NCBI GenBank assembly: GCA_025059235.1
Contig: JANXCV010000003.1
Coordinates: forward strand, 43,392-107,391
Source: Candidatus Calescibacterium sp.
Lineage (GTDB): Bacteria > DRYD01
Reading direction: 5' to 3'
DNA: 64,000 nt
Positions 20,339 through 31,291 of the stretch are shown in pieces. Under the pieces are notes generated by a model. The model was not told the DNA's origin and searched no databases. It saw only the letters and a list, made by a program, of their open reading frames with translations. Positions within the stretch are counted from its first letter, which is position 1, and each line of letters starts with the position of its first letter. The position numbers were made by a program, and so were the translations under genes.

Positions 20339-21871
20339 ATGGCAGAGATAAGGATAGATGAGCTTTCAGAGGTTATAAAGAAGCAGATAGAATCTTTTCA
20401 GGGATTGACTGTTGAACAACAGGACATAGGTACAGTACTTCAGGTCGGAGACAATGTAGTTTTAGCTTATGGGCTTAGAGGAGTTAAATATGGAGAGATA
20501 ATAGATTTTGGAAACGATAGGTATGGTCTAGCTTTTGACCTTCAAGAGGAAAGCGTAGGTATACTCCTTTTAGGTAACTACAGTGACATATATGAAGGAG
20601 ATATAGTAAAGAAAACCAATAGGGTTCTGGAAATACCGGTAGGAGAGTCATTGATAGGTAGAGTAGTTAATCCATTATCCTTACCTCTCGATGGCAAGGG
20701 AGAAATAATACCTTCTGGTTATAGACCATTAGAAGCTCTTGCCCCAGGAGTGGTCGATAGAAAACCAGTTGAAGAACCCTTATATACAGGAATAAAAGCA
20801 ATTGACATGTTAATACCTATTGGTAAGGGACAGAGAGAATTAATAATTGGTGATAGACAAACAGGTAAATCATCAATACTTATCGACACGATAATAAATC
20901 AAAAAGGTAGAGATGTAATTTGTATTTATGTTTCTATTGGTCAGAAGGCTTCTTATGTGTCCTCGGTTATTCAGACATTGGAAAAGTATGGTGCTATGGA
21001 TTATACTATAGTTGTCTCGACTGTTTCCACTGATGTTCCTTCTCTTCTCTATTTGGCTCCCTATGCTGGTTGTGCTATGGGAGAATACTTTATGTATAAG
21101 GGTAAGCATGTATTGGTTGTATACGATGATTTGACGAAACATGCTCATGCTTATAGAGAGATATCATTGCTTTTAAGGAGGCCACCTGGAAGGGAGGCAT
21201 ATCCTGGAGACGTCTTTTACTTGCATTCAAGGTTGCTAGAAAGAGCGGCTAAGTTGAACGATAGTTTAGGAGGAGGAAGTCTTACAGCTCTACCAGTAAT
21301 AGAAACCCAGCTTGGTGACGTGTCTGCTTATATTCCAACAAACGTGATATCGATTACCGACGGACAGATTTATCTTGATAGTAATTTATTCAACAAGGGA
21401 TTTCGACCAGCAATCGATGTAGGTTTATCTGTTTCAAGGGTTGGTGGTGCAGCTCAAACAAAAGCCACCAAACAAGTAGCAGCACAGTTAAAACTGGATC
21501 TGGCAATGTTTAGAGAACTAGAATCATTCACAAAATTTGCTTCTGAACTTGATGAAGCTACAAGAAAACAAATAATAAGAGGACAGGTTCTTATGGAATT
21601 ATTGAAACAAGATCTACATCAGGTCATGCCTATAGAAGAACAAATATTGTCAATATTTGTTGGTACTAAAGGCTTTCTTGATGACATACCTCTTGAAAAA
21701 ATAAGAGATTTTGAAGCTAAATGGTTAGAGTACTGCAGGGCAAACAAAAAGCATATAATACAGGAAATTCAACAGAAGCAAAAGCTTTCAGAGGAGAGTA
21801 TAAAGGAACTTGAGGAAAGTGCAGCAAAATTCAAACAAAACTACCTTATAGAACAAAAAATTAGACAATGA
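20339..21871 (+). CDS. atpA: F1F0 ATP synthase alpha subunit
   Basis: [39 protein letters not shown] and SVSRVGG motifs. Confidence 0.98.
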   Translation: MAEIRIDELSEVIKKQIESFQGLTVEQQDIGTVLQVGDNVVLAYGLRGVKYGEIIDFGNDRYGLAFDLQEESVGILLLGNYSDIYEGDIVKKTNRVLEIPVGESLIGRVVNPLSLPLDGKGEIIPSGYRPLEALAPGVVDRKPVEEPLYTGIKAIDMLIPIGKGQRELIIGDRQTGKSSILIDTIINQKGRDVICIYVSIGQKASYVSSVIQTLEKYGAMDYTIVVSTVSTDVPSLLYLAPYAGCAMGEYFMYKGKHVLVVYDDLTKHAHAYREISLLLRRPPGREAYPGDVFYLHSRLLERAAKLNDSLGGGSLTALPVIETQLGDVSAYIPTNVISITDGQIYLDSNLFNKGFRPAIDVGLSVSRVGGAAQTKATKQVAAQLKLDLAMFRELESFTKFASELDEATRKQIIRGQVLMELLKQDLHQVMPIEEQILSIFVGTKGFLDDIPLEKIRDFEAKWLEYCRANKKHIIQEIQQKQKLSEESIKELEESAAKFKQNYLIEQKIRQ

Positions 21872-23058
21872 TCAGGGGATCAAGGCTGGCATTCCTCTTC
21901 TTAATTACAATTCTATCCATTACATCTGCCGGTAAATTATACAAAATCCCAAGTATAGATGATATAGAAGCATATTATTTAAATAACCATGCCGATTCAA
22001 ATTGTTTAATAGTTTGTTCTATCCATGGTAATGAACCAGTCGGTTATCAGCTTATGAATAAACTTTTGTTTTATCACACTGGTAATTATTTTCCTCAAGA
22101 TTTTAATTACTGTATAGTTCTACAACCAAGTAGGTATAGAATATTGAACAATAGGAGAAATAATTTTGAAGGATTAGATCCTAACAGAACTTTTATAAAT
22201 TTGTTCTCAAATAGTTCTTTTTTCATAGTTTCAGTTATCAAGAAGTATAAACCTATATTTATTATCGATATTCATCAAGCAAGAAGGGAAAATGTAGATT
22301 TTATGTATGGTTTTGGAAACTACTGTAAAATAATAAACAATCTTTACAAAGTCGATGAACTTTATGGTTTATCCAGGACTAGTATATATAACTCCACTTT
22401 TTACTCTTTGAAGAAGTTACAGGAAGATTTGGAGATAGGTAGTTTGCAAGTTTTTAAGTCTAACGGCATAAGGGTTTCTAGGTATGTTCCATTAGGTAAA
22501 GAGGAACCTTATTACGCAGTTTCTGTCTTAAGAAATTTTGGAGCTTCGTTAGGTATTTTCTCGGTATTGTTTGAGCTTCCTTATAGTGAAAACAACATTC
22601 ATACTTTGGAAAAAGTTCTAAAGAACTATTTAGAATGGCTATCTAAAAATAAACAGAAGTTAGCAGAATATAATTATTCTGCTAAAAAATTGGAAAAAGA
22701 ATACTTTTTATCCAGAATATATATAATTCCTTTACATTATGAAGGAGTAGATAAGCTGCTTAAATTTCTTGACGTTTTCGATATTAATTACTATCTATCT
22801 ACTGAAATCCAAGCAAAAGCTTGGGGATTTGATATAACTACCATAAATCTTAAAGATAAGGACGAATTCAAGAATTTTATTTATTTAGATATAGGTGTAA
22901 AACCTAAAAAGTACGATATTCAAGCAAGATTTTATATTGTGGAAGCTAATACTTTGAGTAGCTTCATTTTAAATCCAATCTATGGTGAAAGTATATGGAA
23001 TTTTGCCGTATTTCAATATAGTAAGAATTACCTGCCGGTATATATAAAGTATGAATGA
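21868..23058 (+). CDS. Exported M14-like zinc carboxypeptidase/deacylase
   Basis: IHGNE, DPNR, DIH and LFE motifs; N-terminal signal peptide. Confidence 0.75.
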   Translation: MIRGSRLAFLFLITILSITSAGKLYKIPSIDDIEAYYLNNHADSNCLIVCSIHGNEPVGYQLMNKLLFYHTGNYFPQDFNYCIVLQPSRYRILNNRRNNFEGLDPNRTFINLFSNSSFFIVSVIKKYKPIFIIDIHQARRENVDFMYGFGNYCKIINNLYKVDELYGLSRTSIYNSTFYSLKKLQEDLEIGSLQVFKSNGIRVSRYVPLGKEEPYYAVSVLRNFGASLGIFSVLFELPYSENNIHTLEKVLKNYLEWLSKNKQKLAEYNYSAKKLEKEYFLSRIYIIPLHYEGVDKLLKFLDVFDINYYLSTEIQAKAWGFDITTINLKDKDEFKNFIYLDIGVKPKKYDIQARFYIVEANTLSSFILNPIYGESIWNFAVFQYSKNYLPVYIKYE

Positions 23059-23215
23059 TAACATTAGATATAGGGTAAGCTGTTTGAGGAATGAAATCAA
23101 AATCAGCCCTATAGAGCACATTTCATTAGGTATTAGGAATTTCTATAGATTAGTTTATTACGGATTAAGGGTTTTGGTTAAGTTATTTTGGTTAAGGTTA
23201 AAGGGGATGTTATAG
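23051..23215 (+). CDS. Small 54-aa protein (not in track)
   Basis: ATG overlaps the upstream stop (ATGAATGA). Translation: [54 protein letters not shown]. Confidence 0.55.
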   Translation: MNDNIRYRVSCLRNEIKISPIEHISLGIRNFYRLVYYGLRVLVKLFWLRLKGML

Positions 23216-23237
23216 TCCGCCTGGCCTTAGGGGCGGA
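23216..23237 (+). promoter_or_regulatory. GC-rich stem-loop upstream of the GH57 gene
   Basis: TCCGCC...GGCGGA inverted repeat in an AT-rich context; no U-tract. Confidence 0.45.
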
Positions 23238-23270
23238 ATACAAATACATGGCTATAAAGGAGAGAGAGTT

Positions 23271-24920
23271 ATGCGAAATATCGATAAAAAAGGGATAATC
23301 TTATTTGTATTACATTCACATCTACCCTTGCTATATTATCCTGAGTACCGTGAGTCTCTGGAAGAAAGATGGTTATACGAAGCTGTAAGAGAATCATATA
23401 TTCCTCTACTTTTAGTCTTTGAAGAAATATATACAAAATATCGATATGTTGGGATAACTATTTCTTTTTCTGGTTCTCTTCTAACCATGCTAACCAATGA
23501 CTTTTTTAAAGAAAGAATTCATAGACATTTGAAAAAAACTGTTGAATTGGGAGAAAAGGAAATACAGAGAACTAAAAATACTTTGTTCTATAAGAATGCA
23601 GAATTTCTGTATAATAGGTTCTCTACCATTCTAAAAAAATTTGAAGATTTGAACGGAGATATTTTAAAAGCATACAGGGATTTAGCACAAAAAGGAGCAA
23701 TACAAATAATAACGAGTAATCTTACACACTGTATATCTCCGTTTTATTTCGTGGACCAAGCAAGTTTAAAATTATTGGAAGTTCAATTTTATAAGGCAGT
23801 AAGTAATTTTGTAGATTATTTTGGTTTTCAACCCGAAGGTATTTGGCTGCCTGAATGTGCATACCTACCTCAACTTGACAAGATACTGAAAAAATACAAT
23901 ATAAAGTATACTTTCCTGGAAGGTCATGGGATAATATTTAGTAGAGATGTCTGTAAATATGGAACATTTATGCCATACATTACAAGAGATGGTTTGATAG
24001 TATTTGGTAGAGATTTTGAATCATCCAAACAGGTATGGTCTGCTAAGGAAGGTTATCCCGGAGATTTCTGGTATAGAGAGTTCTACAAAGATATCGGATA
24101 TGATTTAGACTATGAATACATCAAAGAATATATCCATGAAAGTGGTGTAAGGGTTGATACAGGTTATAAATATTATAGAATAACCGGAGTGGATGTACCA
24201 CTTTCTTCGAAGGAAATATATGATCCTGATTTTGCTATGAAAAAATCCTTTGAACACGCGGCTAATTTTATATTCAACAGGGAAAGGCAATCAGAATATT
24301 GGCATGATAACCTAAAGACTGGATTACCGCTCAGTATAGTAGCGATGTATGATACTGAGCTTTTTGGACATTGGTGGTTCGAAGGCCCAACATTTCTAAA
24401 GAATATCTTGCAACTACTACAAGAAGAGCCGAGATACCTTGTTGGTGTTCTAACCGTCTCAGATTACTTAAAAATATTGGAAAACAATAACTTTAAGTTT
24501 GAGGTAATAGAGCCTAATAGTAGCACTTGGGGGTGGAAAGGATACTTCGAATATTGGCTAAACGGCTCCGTAGACTATATGTATAGACACATACACGTAA
24601 ATACAAGATCATTTTTTGATATGATCTATAGAAAGAGAGAGCAAATAGAGAATAATGAGAAGTATAGAAATATAGTTGAAATAGGTATAACTGAACTTTT
24701 GCAAGCTCAGTGTAGTGATTGGCCATTCATAGTCTTTACAGGGCAAGTCTCTCAATACGGACATACGAGATTTAAAGAGCATATACTAAACATTATGAAA
24801 ATAAATAGAGCTCTGGCAAACGATCAAGAAATCAATATTCAAGAAATCAAAAAAAGTTACGATATATCTAAAATGTACAAAATAGAATATAGCAAACTTG
24901 CAAATATAATATATGAATAG
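23271..24920 (+). CDS. GH57 1,4-alpha-glucan branching enzyme (DUF1957)
   Basis: LHSHLP, ESYIPL, GIWLPECAY, YDTELFGHWWFEGP and QCSDWPF motifs. Confidence 0.93.
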   Translation: MRNIDKKGIILFVLHSHLPLLYYPEYRESLEERWLYEAVRESYIPLLLVFEEIYTKYRYVGITISFSGSLLTMLTNDFFKERIHRHLKKTVELGEKEIQRTKNTLFYKNAEFLYNRFSTILKKFEDLNGDILKAYRDLAQKGAIQIITSNLTHCISPFYFVDQASLKLLEVQFYKAVSNFVDYFGFQPEGIWLPECAYLPQLDKILKKYNIKYTFLEGHGIIFSRDVCKYGTFMPYITRDGLIVFGRDFESSKQVWSAKEGYPGDFWYREFYKDIGYDLDYEYIKEYIHESGVRVDTGYKYYRITGVDVPLSSKEIYDPDFAMKKSFEHAANFIFNRERQSEYWHDNLKTGLPLSIVAMYDTELFGHWWFEGPTFLKNILQLLQEEPRYLVGVLTVSDYLKILENNNFKFEVIEPNSSTWGWKGYFEYWLNGSVDYMYRHIHVNTRSFFDMIYRKREQIENNEKYRNIVEIGITELLQAQCSDWPFIVFTGQVSQYGHTRFKEHILNIMKINRALANDQEINIQEIKKSYDISKMYKIEYSKLANIIYE

Positions 24921-26067
24921 AGATAAGATCGAAAATATTGTTAATTCGATTATTTTTACCATTGAGAAATTTTTACTATTTAGCCCAAGAACTGATAAGT
25001 TTGTTGAAGTATACCTCAATTTTCTGTTTTATCTAATAAGAAGGTATAGGTTATTTACCAAGATGGATATTTATCTGAACTTTATTATGCAGACAAATAG
25101 GTATAGTAAAAATCAAGTAAAGAGACTTATAAGATGGATCTTAAATATGGTTATTCCAGACATTGACGATGATTACTACAGATCTCGAATCTACTACTGT
25201 ATAGCTAAATCTTTTTTGAGTCTTAAACAGTATAATAAAGCTCAAAATTTTGCCATAAAAGCAATGAAATATTTTCAGAATGTTTTTGAATCAAACAATT
25301 TCATACATTTACTATATTATTTCGAGTTGAGTTTATTGATAGCAAAACTAGCCTTTTATCGAAGAAAATATATTTTAGCCTATAATTTCATCCAATATCT
25401 ATTAGGAAAGATCGCAGATACAAAAACCGAATTCCTCCTTGAAAGAAATATGATTTATCTTTTCTTAGAATCTTCTCTCTGGTTAATTTTATCTCACATC
25501 TATGTCAATAAGGATAAGTGGGATTATAAAAGCATAAAAGAAGTTATAGATCACTTCACCGAAATGGTATCAACATACAGAAATTATATAGACATAACTA
25601 AAATAAAAGAAAGTGTATCTTCTATACTGCTTAAAAATATAAAGAGGTTAATTAATAAAAATCAACCTAAAGTTAGCAGGAGAAGAAAAAAAGACTATAA
25701 TCTTTTAATTTCAATAGTATCTGAATTATACTCACGGATGGATAATATACCCAATACAGGCAAACTATTGCTATCTCTTTATAGAGATTATGTGATTAAA
25801 TATATGTGTTTATATCCTGACAATTACAAGGCTGCAAGCAGATTGATTATGAGATCAATATACTTAAACCATTACTATATCAATTCTTATAATCTGTTTG
25901 CTCTATCTAAATTTCTCCTTTTTAAGATTATGAATATTCAAAAGATATATACCGACTTAGGAGAATACATGAGTAAGGTTGATATTCAAGAATATATTCT
26001 CAGTAGTGATGAACTATCGGAGGAAGTAAAAAAGGATATAGCCAATACAAAAATTGTGCATATATGA
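24913..26067 (+). CDS. Hypothetical helical-repeat (TPR-like) protein
   Basis: Translationally coupled 384-aa ORF with a TPR-like segment (YYCIAKSFLSLKQYNKAQNFAIKA). Confidence 0.6.
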   Translation: MNRDKIENIVNSIIFTIEKFLLFSPRTDKFVEVYLNFLFYLIRRYRLFTKMDIYLNFIMQTNRYSKNQVKRLIRWILNMVIPDIDDDYYRSRIYYCIAKSFLSLKQYNKAQNFAIKAMKYFQNVFESNNFIHLLYYFELSLLIAKLAFYRRKYILAYNFIQYLLGKIADTKTEFLLERNMIYLFLESSLWLILSHIYVNKDKWDYKSIKEVIDHFTEMVSTYRNYIDITKIKESVSSILLKNIKRLINKNQPKVSRRRKKDYNLLISIVSELYSRMDNIPNTGKLLLSLYRDYVIKYMCLYPDNYKAASRLIMRSIYLNHYYINSYNLFALSKFLLFKIMNIQKIYTDLGEYMSKVDIQEYILSSDELSEEVKKDIANTKIVHI

Positions 26068-26894
26068 GATTATTTCCATTTGTTAGAAGGTATACCTCTA
26101 TTGATCAATCAAAGTATCTTATAGTCTCTATCCCTTACGAAGGTTATGTTAACACGAGAATAGGTTCGTTTTATGCACCAAAGTTTATAAGAGAATACTC
26201 CGAGTGTATTGAATCATATAGCAATTATTTCAATAAATCGCTCGAAGATATAACCTATTTCGATTTAGGTAGCATAGTGGTTAATTTATATTACGATAAT
26301 GACAATACGATATTGGAGATATACAAGTCTATAAGGAATATTGTGATGAACAAGGATAAGAGGTATATCTTCATTGGTGGTGATCATAGTATTACGATAC
26401 CTTGTTTTTGGGCTATAAAGAGTGTATACAAAGAAGTCATATATATTCATTTGGATGCTCATGCAGATTGTCACAACATATACCATAATCAAAAATATTC
26501 TCATGCGAGTGTTTTGAGAAGGATTTCAGAAGAAAGTCTAAGTATTTCGATAGGAGTAAGAACACTAGATGAATCTGAGAGAGGCTATTTTTTCTCCAAC
26601 GTTATTAACATAGATCTGAATAATATAGATTCTCTTAAGGATTATGTTAGAGGGTATATTTACTTATCTGTGGATGTTGATTTTTTTGATCCTTCATTGT
26701 CTCCTGCTGTTTCGAATCCTATTTCTGATGGTGCAAGATTCGAGCATTATTTAAAAATACTAGAAATACTATCTTCCGAGAAGGTAGTAGGATTTGATGT
26801 GGTTGAGGTCAACCCCCTCATAGATTTCCCATCTTATAAGACCTGTATATTGGCTTCTGAATTGATAAAGGAATTCATCCTTTCTTGTAAATGA
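26064..26894 (+). CDS. speB: Agmatinase (ureohydrolase family)
   Basis: GGDHS, DAHAD, SVDVDFFDP and DVVEVNP motifs. Confidence 0.85.
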   Translation: MRLFPFVRRYTSIDQSKYLIVSIPYEGYVNTRIGSFYAPKFIREYSECIESYSNYFNKSLEDITYFDLGSIVVNLYYDNDNTILEIYKSIRNIVMNKDKRYIFIGGDHSITIPCFWAIKSVYKEVIYIHLDAHADCHNIYHNQKYSHASVLRRISEESLSISIGVRTLDESERGYFFSNVINIDLNNIDSLKDYVRGYIYLSVDVDFFDPSLSPAVSNPISDGARFEHYLKILEILSSEKVVGFDVVEVNPLIDFPSYKTCILASELIKEFILSCK

Positions 26895-29212
26895 GGGACG
26901 AATTAATCGAGAAAAAGATAGAGGTACTTGAAAAAAATCTCCTATACAAAAAAGACCCCCATATGTTACTCGAGTTATCCTTACTCTACGATAGAGCCCA
27001 AAGATTTGTAGATGCTTACAAAAAGTTTGAAGAATTAACCCAAAATCATAAAAACTTCCTAAAAGGACTACTTTTTAAAATAATATTTCTATGCAAATGG
27101 GGAAGAAAAGATAATTTTTTTGAATTAGTAGAGAAATACTTTTTTATAAAGTTCTTTGAGGAAGTTCCTACACCTTACGTTCCTACTTTTGAAGATATAA
27201 GAAAGTATTCATATATCATAAACGATCTTTTGAGTAATATTGATGAATATTTAAAGTTGAATTTAAATTCTCTCTTAGATTTACTGATAAAAGCTTTTGC
27301 TCTGTTTTTATTGAAAAGTGAAGAATTCGAAAAAATATTCCAATATCTATTTAAAAATTTTGGAGATAATTTTAAAGTTCAATACTTATACTCACTGATG
27401 AAAATAGACTGTCAGGATTATACTGAAGCAATAATTAGTTTAAAGAAAATAATCGATTATAACCCTATGTTTGATGATGCTTATTTACTTTTAGGGTATG
27501 TATACTTAAAGCAGAACATTTTCAATCAGGCACTGGTATATTTAAAAAAAGCGACCGAGTTAAACAATAAGAGGGCAACCCCAAGTATTCTCCTTGCTAA
27601 ATATTTAATCATGATTGGGAAATATGATGATGCAATTGAGGTACTGCATAATAAAGCTCAGATGATAGAGCCTAATAATCCTCTTGTTTACTACTACTTG
27701 GCTCAATCATATAAGGGTAAAAATGAATACGAAAAAGCCCTTAGACTATACGAAAGCTTAAAAATGTACAACTATTTTTTTCCTGAAATAAAGAAAGAAA
27801 TGGCTGATATATATATGCTGCTTGGGGAATATAAACAAACTCTTAAGATACTGTACGAACTTAAGGAAGAGTCTATTCTATTTGATGAAGAGGTTTATGA
27901 AAAGTTGATTATAGTAAATGAGAGGCTAGGAAATCTCGAGCAAGCTTTTTTGTTGGTTAAAGAGGCTCTATCCTACGAAGAAAAAATTAATTTTTATCTT
28001 ATCGGTGCAAAGATTGCCTTCAGGAAAGGCGAATTTGATCAAGCTTATAAATGGTTCAAAAGGGTTTTAGAATATGATCCCAGAGATTTTGAAACTCTGT
28101 ATTCACTTGGTATAATAGAGTTAAGCAAAATGAAATTTGGAATTTCTGAAAAGTATTTTCAGGATGCTGTAAATGTTAATCCGACCAAGAACGAAGCAAA
28201 ATATTTTTTGGCTTTGACCTATGCTTTTCAGGACAAGATAGATAAAGCTATAGAAATCCTGATTAAAGTGAAAGAAAATATAAAGGATCCCCTTAAATCT
28301 AAAATAGTTTCTTTTAATATAGCGTCTGCCTACTCCTTTCTTGGAGATGTAAAAAAAACAGAAGAATTTCTATATGAAGCCATTCAGGATTTTACTAAAT
28401 ATTTCAAACAAATTTCTGAACAAGATATTTTATTTTATACAACCCTATTGTTTCAGACTAGGGTTGTTTATGAAGCTTCTAGGAGTAATAAAGAATTGGA
28501 AGAATCTCAATCACAACTACTCCAAGCAATGCTCGATGCTATACAAGCCAAAGACAACTATACAAAAGATCATACTCAAAGAGTAACGATCATAGCCGTA
28601 GAAATTGCAAAAGCTATGGGACTAGAAGAAGAAATACTACAAACTCTTCTAGTAGGTACTTTAGTTCATGACATAGGAAAGATTGGAATACCGGATAATG
28701 TTCTTAATAAACCCGGTAGGCTGACTGACGAAGAATTTCAAATAATGAAACAACATACTATTATCGGTTATGAAATAATAAAGAAGATGAAATTTCCTAA
28801 GATCAAAGTTATCACTTCGAATGAAAGGTTTGATAATATTGGTACTGTATCAGATTGTGTAAGGTATCATCATGAGAAGTGGGATGGAACAGGTTATCCC
28901 GACGGATTAAAAGGAGAAAAGATCCCTCTACTAGCTAGGATAATAGCTGTAGCTGATGTTTTCGATGCTCTGATGAGTGAAAGACAATACAAAAAAGCTA
29001 TTCCTGCTTTCAAAAGTATTGAAATTATTGATCAATCCAAGGGAACGCATTTTGACCCCATGATAGTGGACTATTTCATGAAGATAGTCGACGATATTGT
29101 CATCGTTTTATACGCTGGAGGTAAAGGAACAAGAGAATATTACGATAAAAGTGTTGAAGAATTACTCAAAATGTCAAAGGAAGATATACTGGGAGATATA
29201 GGTAGATTCTGA
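26891..29212 (+). CDS. TPR-repeat HD-GYP phosphodiesterase
   Basis: Many TPRs, then KDNYTKDH, HDIGKIG, HHEKWDGTGYP and ARIIAVADVFDA motifs. Confidence 0.92.
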   Translation: MRDELIEKKIEVLEKNLLYKKDPHMLLELSLLYDRAQRFVDAYKKFEELTQNHKNFLKGLLFKIIFLCKWGRKDNFFELVEKYFFIKFFEEVPTPYVPTFEDIRKYSYIINDLLSNIDEYLKLNLNSLLDLLIKAFALFLLKSEEFEKIFQYLFKNFGDNFKVQYLYSLMKIDCQDYTEAIISLKKIIDYNPMFDDAYLLLGYVYLKQNIFNQALVYLKKATELNNKRATPSILLAKYLIMIGKYDDAIEVLHNKAQMIEPNNPLVYYYLAQSYKGKNEYEKALRLYESLKMYNYFFPEIKKEMADIYMLLGEYKQTLKILYELKEESILFDEEVYEKLIIVNERLGNLEQAFLLVKEALSYEEKINFYLIGAKIAFRKGEFDQAYKWFKRVLEYDPRDFETLYSLGIIELSKMKFGISEKYFQDAVNVNPTKNEAKYFLALTYAFQDKIDKAIEILIKVKENIKDPLKSKIVSFNIASAYSFLGDVKKTEEFLYEAIQDFTKYFKQISEQDILFYTTLLFQTRVVYEASRSNKELEESQSQLLQAMLDAIQAKDNYTKDHTQRVTIIAVEIAKAMGLEEEILQTLLVGTLVHDIGKIGIPDNVLNKPGRLTDEEFQIMKQHTIIGYEIIKKMKFPKIKVITSNERFDNIGTVSDCVRYHHEKWDGTGYPDGLKGEKIPLLARIIAVADVFDALMSERQYKKAIPAFKSIEIIDQSKGTHFDPMIVDYFMKIVDDIVIVLYAGGKGTREYYDKSVEELLKMSKEDILGDIGRF

Positions 29213-29214
29213 AA

Positions 29215-30066
29215 ATGAAAATTTTGGGATTTATACTATTTCTCATTATTACAATATTTTTTTTTAGTTCTTGTGGAGGTAATAAAAATTTTGTAACGAT
29301 TTTTAAAGTTGACAAGGATACAGGAATATTTATACCTATATCTTACATTTCGAAAGGTTATGAACAGGACTTATTATTGATTGTGAAAAGTCTTATGGAT
29401 GTCAATGCTCAGAAAATAGAAAAGACGGGAACCAAAATTGATATTTATCTCGATAGACTTCCTAACATAAGTTATCAGTATGATTCATATATATTGTACA
29501 CCTCGCTATTTTTATCCATTTTTAACTCTTTTCCCTTCCAGAAAGTGAATTTTTTTTACGATCAGAAACTGGTGATTTTAAAAGGGATTGAGTATTCCAT
29601 GAGTAGTTATGACTATTACAAGTATCCTATAAACGATATTTTTAATCTTGGGGATGTAAGAAAAGGGAAATACTTCATTTACGGATATTCGGGTAAAGAA
29701 TTCTTGGACCGTTTCGTTTTGATTTTACTACCATATAACTACGATATGGCTCTATATTTCAATAGTAGCATAAAGGAAATCAGTAAGAAGATAAATGCTA
29801 AAATTGAAACACTAGATAGAATAATAAGCAGAAAGCATAATATACACCTTGTAAAATATAACAAAAATCATTTTGTATTTAGAAGTTACGATTTGCTTAG
29901 ATTTTTTCTTTTATATTTTGATAGAAGTAAAATGTATTACTTATTTTATAATTCGGACATAGATTTTGTTGTTGTTCTTCAAAGATTTTTATGGTTTGAT
30001 CTGAGTATTAAGATAGTTAGACCCCGAAATTTATACTTGAATAAATATCCTCTCAACGAGAGATGA
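29215..30066 (+). CDS. Putative lipoprotein
   Basis: Signal peptide ending in FFSS|CGG, a lipobox-like site. Confidence 0.6.
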   Translation: MKILGFILFLIITIFFFSSCGGNKNFVTIFKVDKDTGIFIPISYISKGYEQDLLLIVKSLMDVNAQKIEKTGTKIDIYLDRLPNISYQYDSYILYTSLFLSIFNSFPFQKVNFFYDQKLVILKGIEYSMSSYDYYKYPINDIFNLGDVRKGKYFIYGYSGKEFLDRFVLILLPYNYDMALYFNSSIKEISKKINAKIETLDRIISRKHNIHLVKYNKNHFVFRSYDLLRFFLLYFDRSKMYYLFYNSDIDFVVVLQRFLWFDLSIKIVRPRNLYLNKYPLNER

Positions 30067-31274
30067 ATAATATGTACTTATTTATTTTTGTGTTGGGGTT
30101 CTTGATGAATATTATTTTTAGAAAATTTCAGTATTTTTCGATTTCTATTTATAATAGGAAAATTTACAGAGAGGACTATTATATAATTCCAACAGACAAT
30201 ATATTCTTTTTGTTTGCTTTTTTTCAGTATAACGATCCGCTGAGTATATTTATGTTATATTTGGGATTTGTTTCTAATCCATTACTCAGAAAATACTTAT
30301 TTGGTAACAGGCAAATTAGTGTTTTCAGAGTATTTTTTAATCCCCTAAGTTTTTTTATTCCTTTATTTATTCTATGTGTTATTCTTAAATTTACCGTTAG
30401 CAGTTATTATCAATTTCATTTTTATCTCATAGGATTTTTGTTCTACCTGATATCTAATAAGTTTCTTTCTCTTGTTTTGGTTAATATTTTTCAACCTGGA
30501 AGATATGTCAATATTATTAATGTTTTGAAAAATATTTTTAGATTAGGTTTTACCGAAGGTTTTTTATTTTCACAATTTATACTTAGTTACCTTACTTATA
30601 TATTTCTTTTGGAGTGGAAGTTGATAAATTTTGTTTTTCTCGTTATCATGCAAATAAGTTTTCTAAGATTATTATATTATGCAAATAATCTCCTGGATTC
30701 GTATCAAAATCTGATTGATACTCTTTTAAAATTACTCCAAGAATATGATATGGATACCTATAAACATTCTGAGAGGGTATCTTTTATATCTAGAATTATA
30801 GCTACTAAAATGGGATTGTCAAAAGAAGAAGTAGATTCTATATATACAGCGGCTAAATTACATGATATAGGTAAGATAGATACTCCTTCTTATATTATAA
30901 ACAAACCGGGAAAGTTAACTCAGACGGAATTTCAAATAATAATGTTGCATCCGATTGTAGCTGCTCAAATAGTAGAAAGTATCGTTTCTGAAGAGCAAAC
31001 AAAGTTTATAAAATATCATCATTTTTATCCCACAGTATTTAATAAACCTGTTACATATAGAGAAATTCCTTTGGGTGCCAGGATAATCATGACGGCTGAT
31101 ATATATGATGCTCTAAGAAGTAAAAGGAAATATAAACCCACTCTATCTCATAAAGAGGTAGTGAATGAAATTTTCAAGATGGTAGAAAAGGAATTGCTAG
31201 ATAGCGAAGTAGTCAATATTCTTCTTTCCTCAGTCCAAGAGTTTAATCAACTATACGAGGATAAGAATGATTAG
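30063..31274 (+). CDS. Membrane-bound HD-GYP-like protein
   Basis: N-terminal multi-TM region, then TYKHSERV, HDIGK, HH and ARIIMTADIYDA. The GYP motif is absent. Confidence 0.85.
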   Translation: MNNMYLFIFVLGFLMNIIFRKFQYFSISIYNRKIYREDYYIIPTDNIFFLFAFFQYNDPLSIFMLYLGFVSNPLLRKYLFGNRQISVFRVFFNPLSFFIPLFILCVILKFTVSSYYQFHFYLIGFLFYLISNKFLSLVLVNIFQPGRYVNIINVLKNIFRLGFTEGFLFSQFILSYLTYIFLLEWKLINFVFLVIMQISFLRLLYYANNLLDSYQNLIDTLLKLLQEYDMDTYKHSERVSFISRIIATKMGLSKEEVDSIYTAAKLHDIGKIDTPSYIINKPGKLTQTEFQIIMLHPIVAAQIVESIVSEEQTKFIKYHHFYPTVFNKPVTYREIPLGARIIMTADIYDALRSKRKYKPTLSHKEVVNEIFKMVEKELLDSEVVNILLSSVQEFNQLYEDKND

Positions 31275-31291
31275 AAAAGTATAAATAAAAT

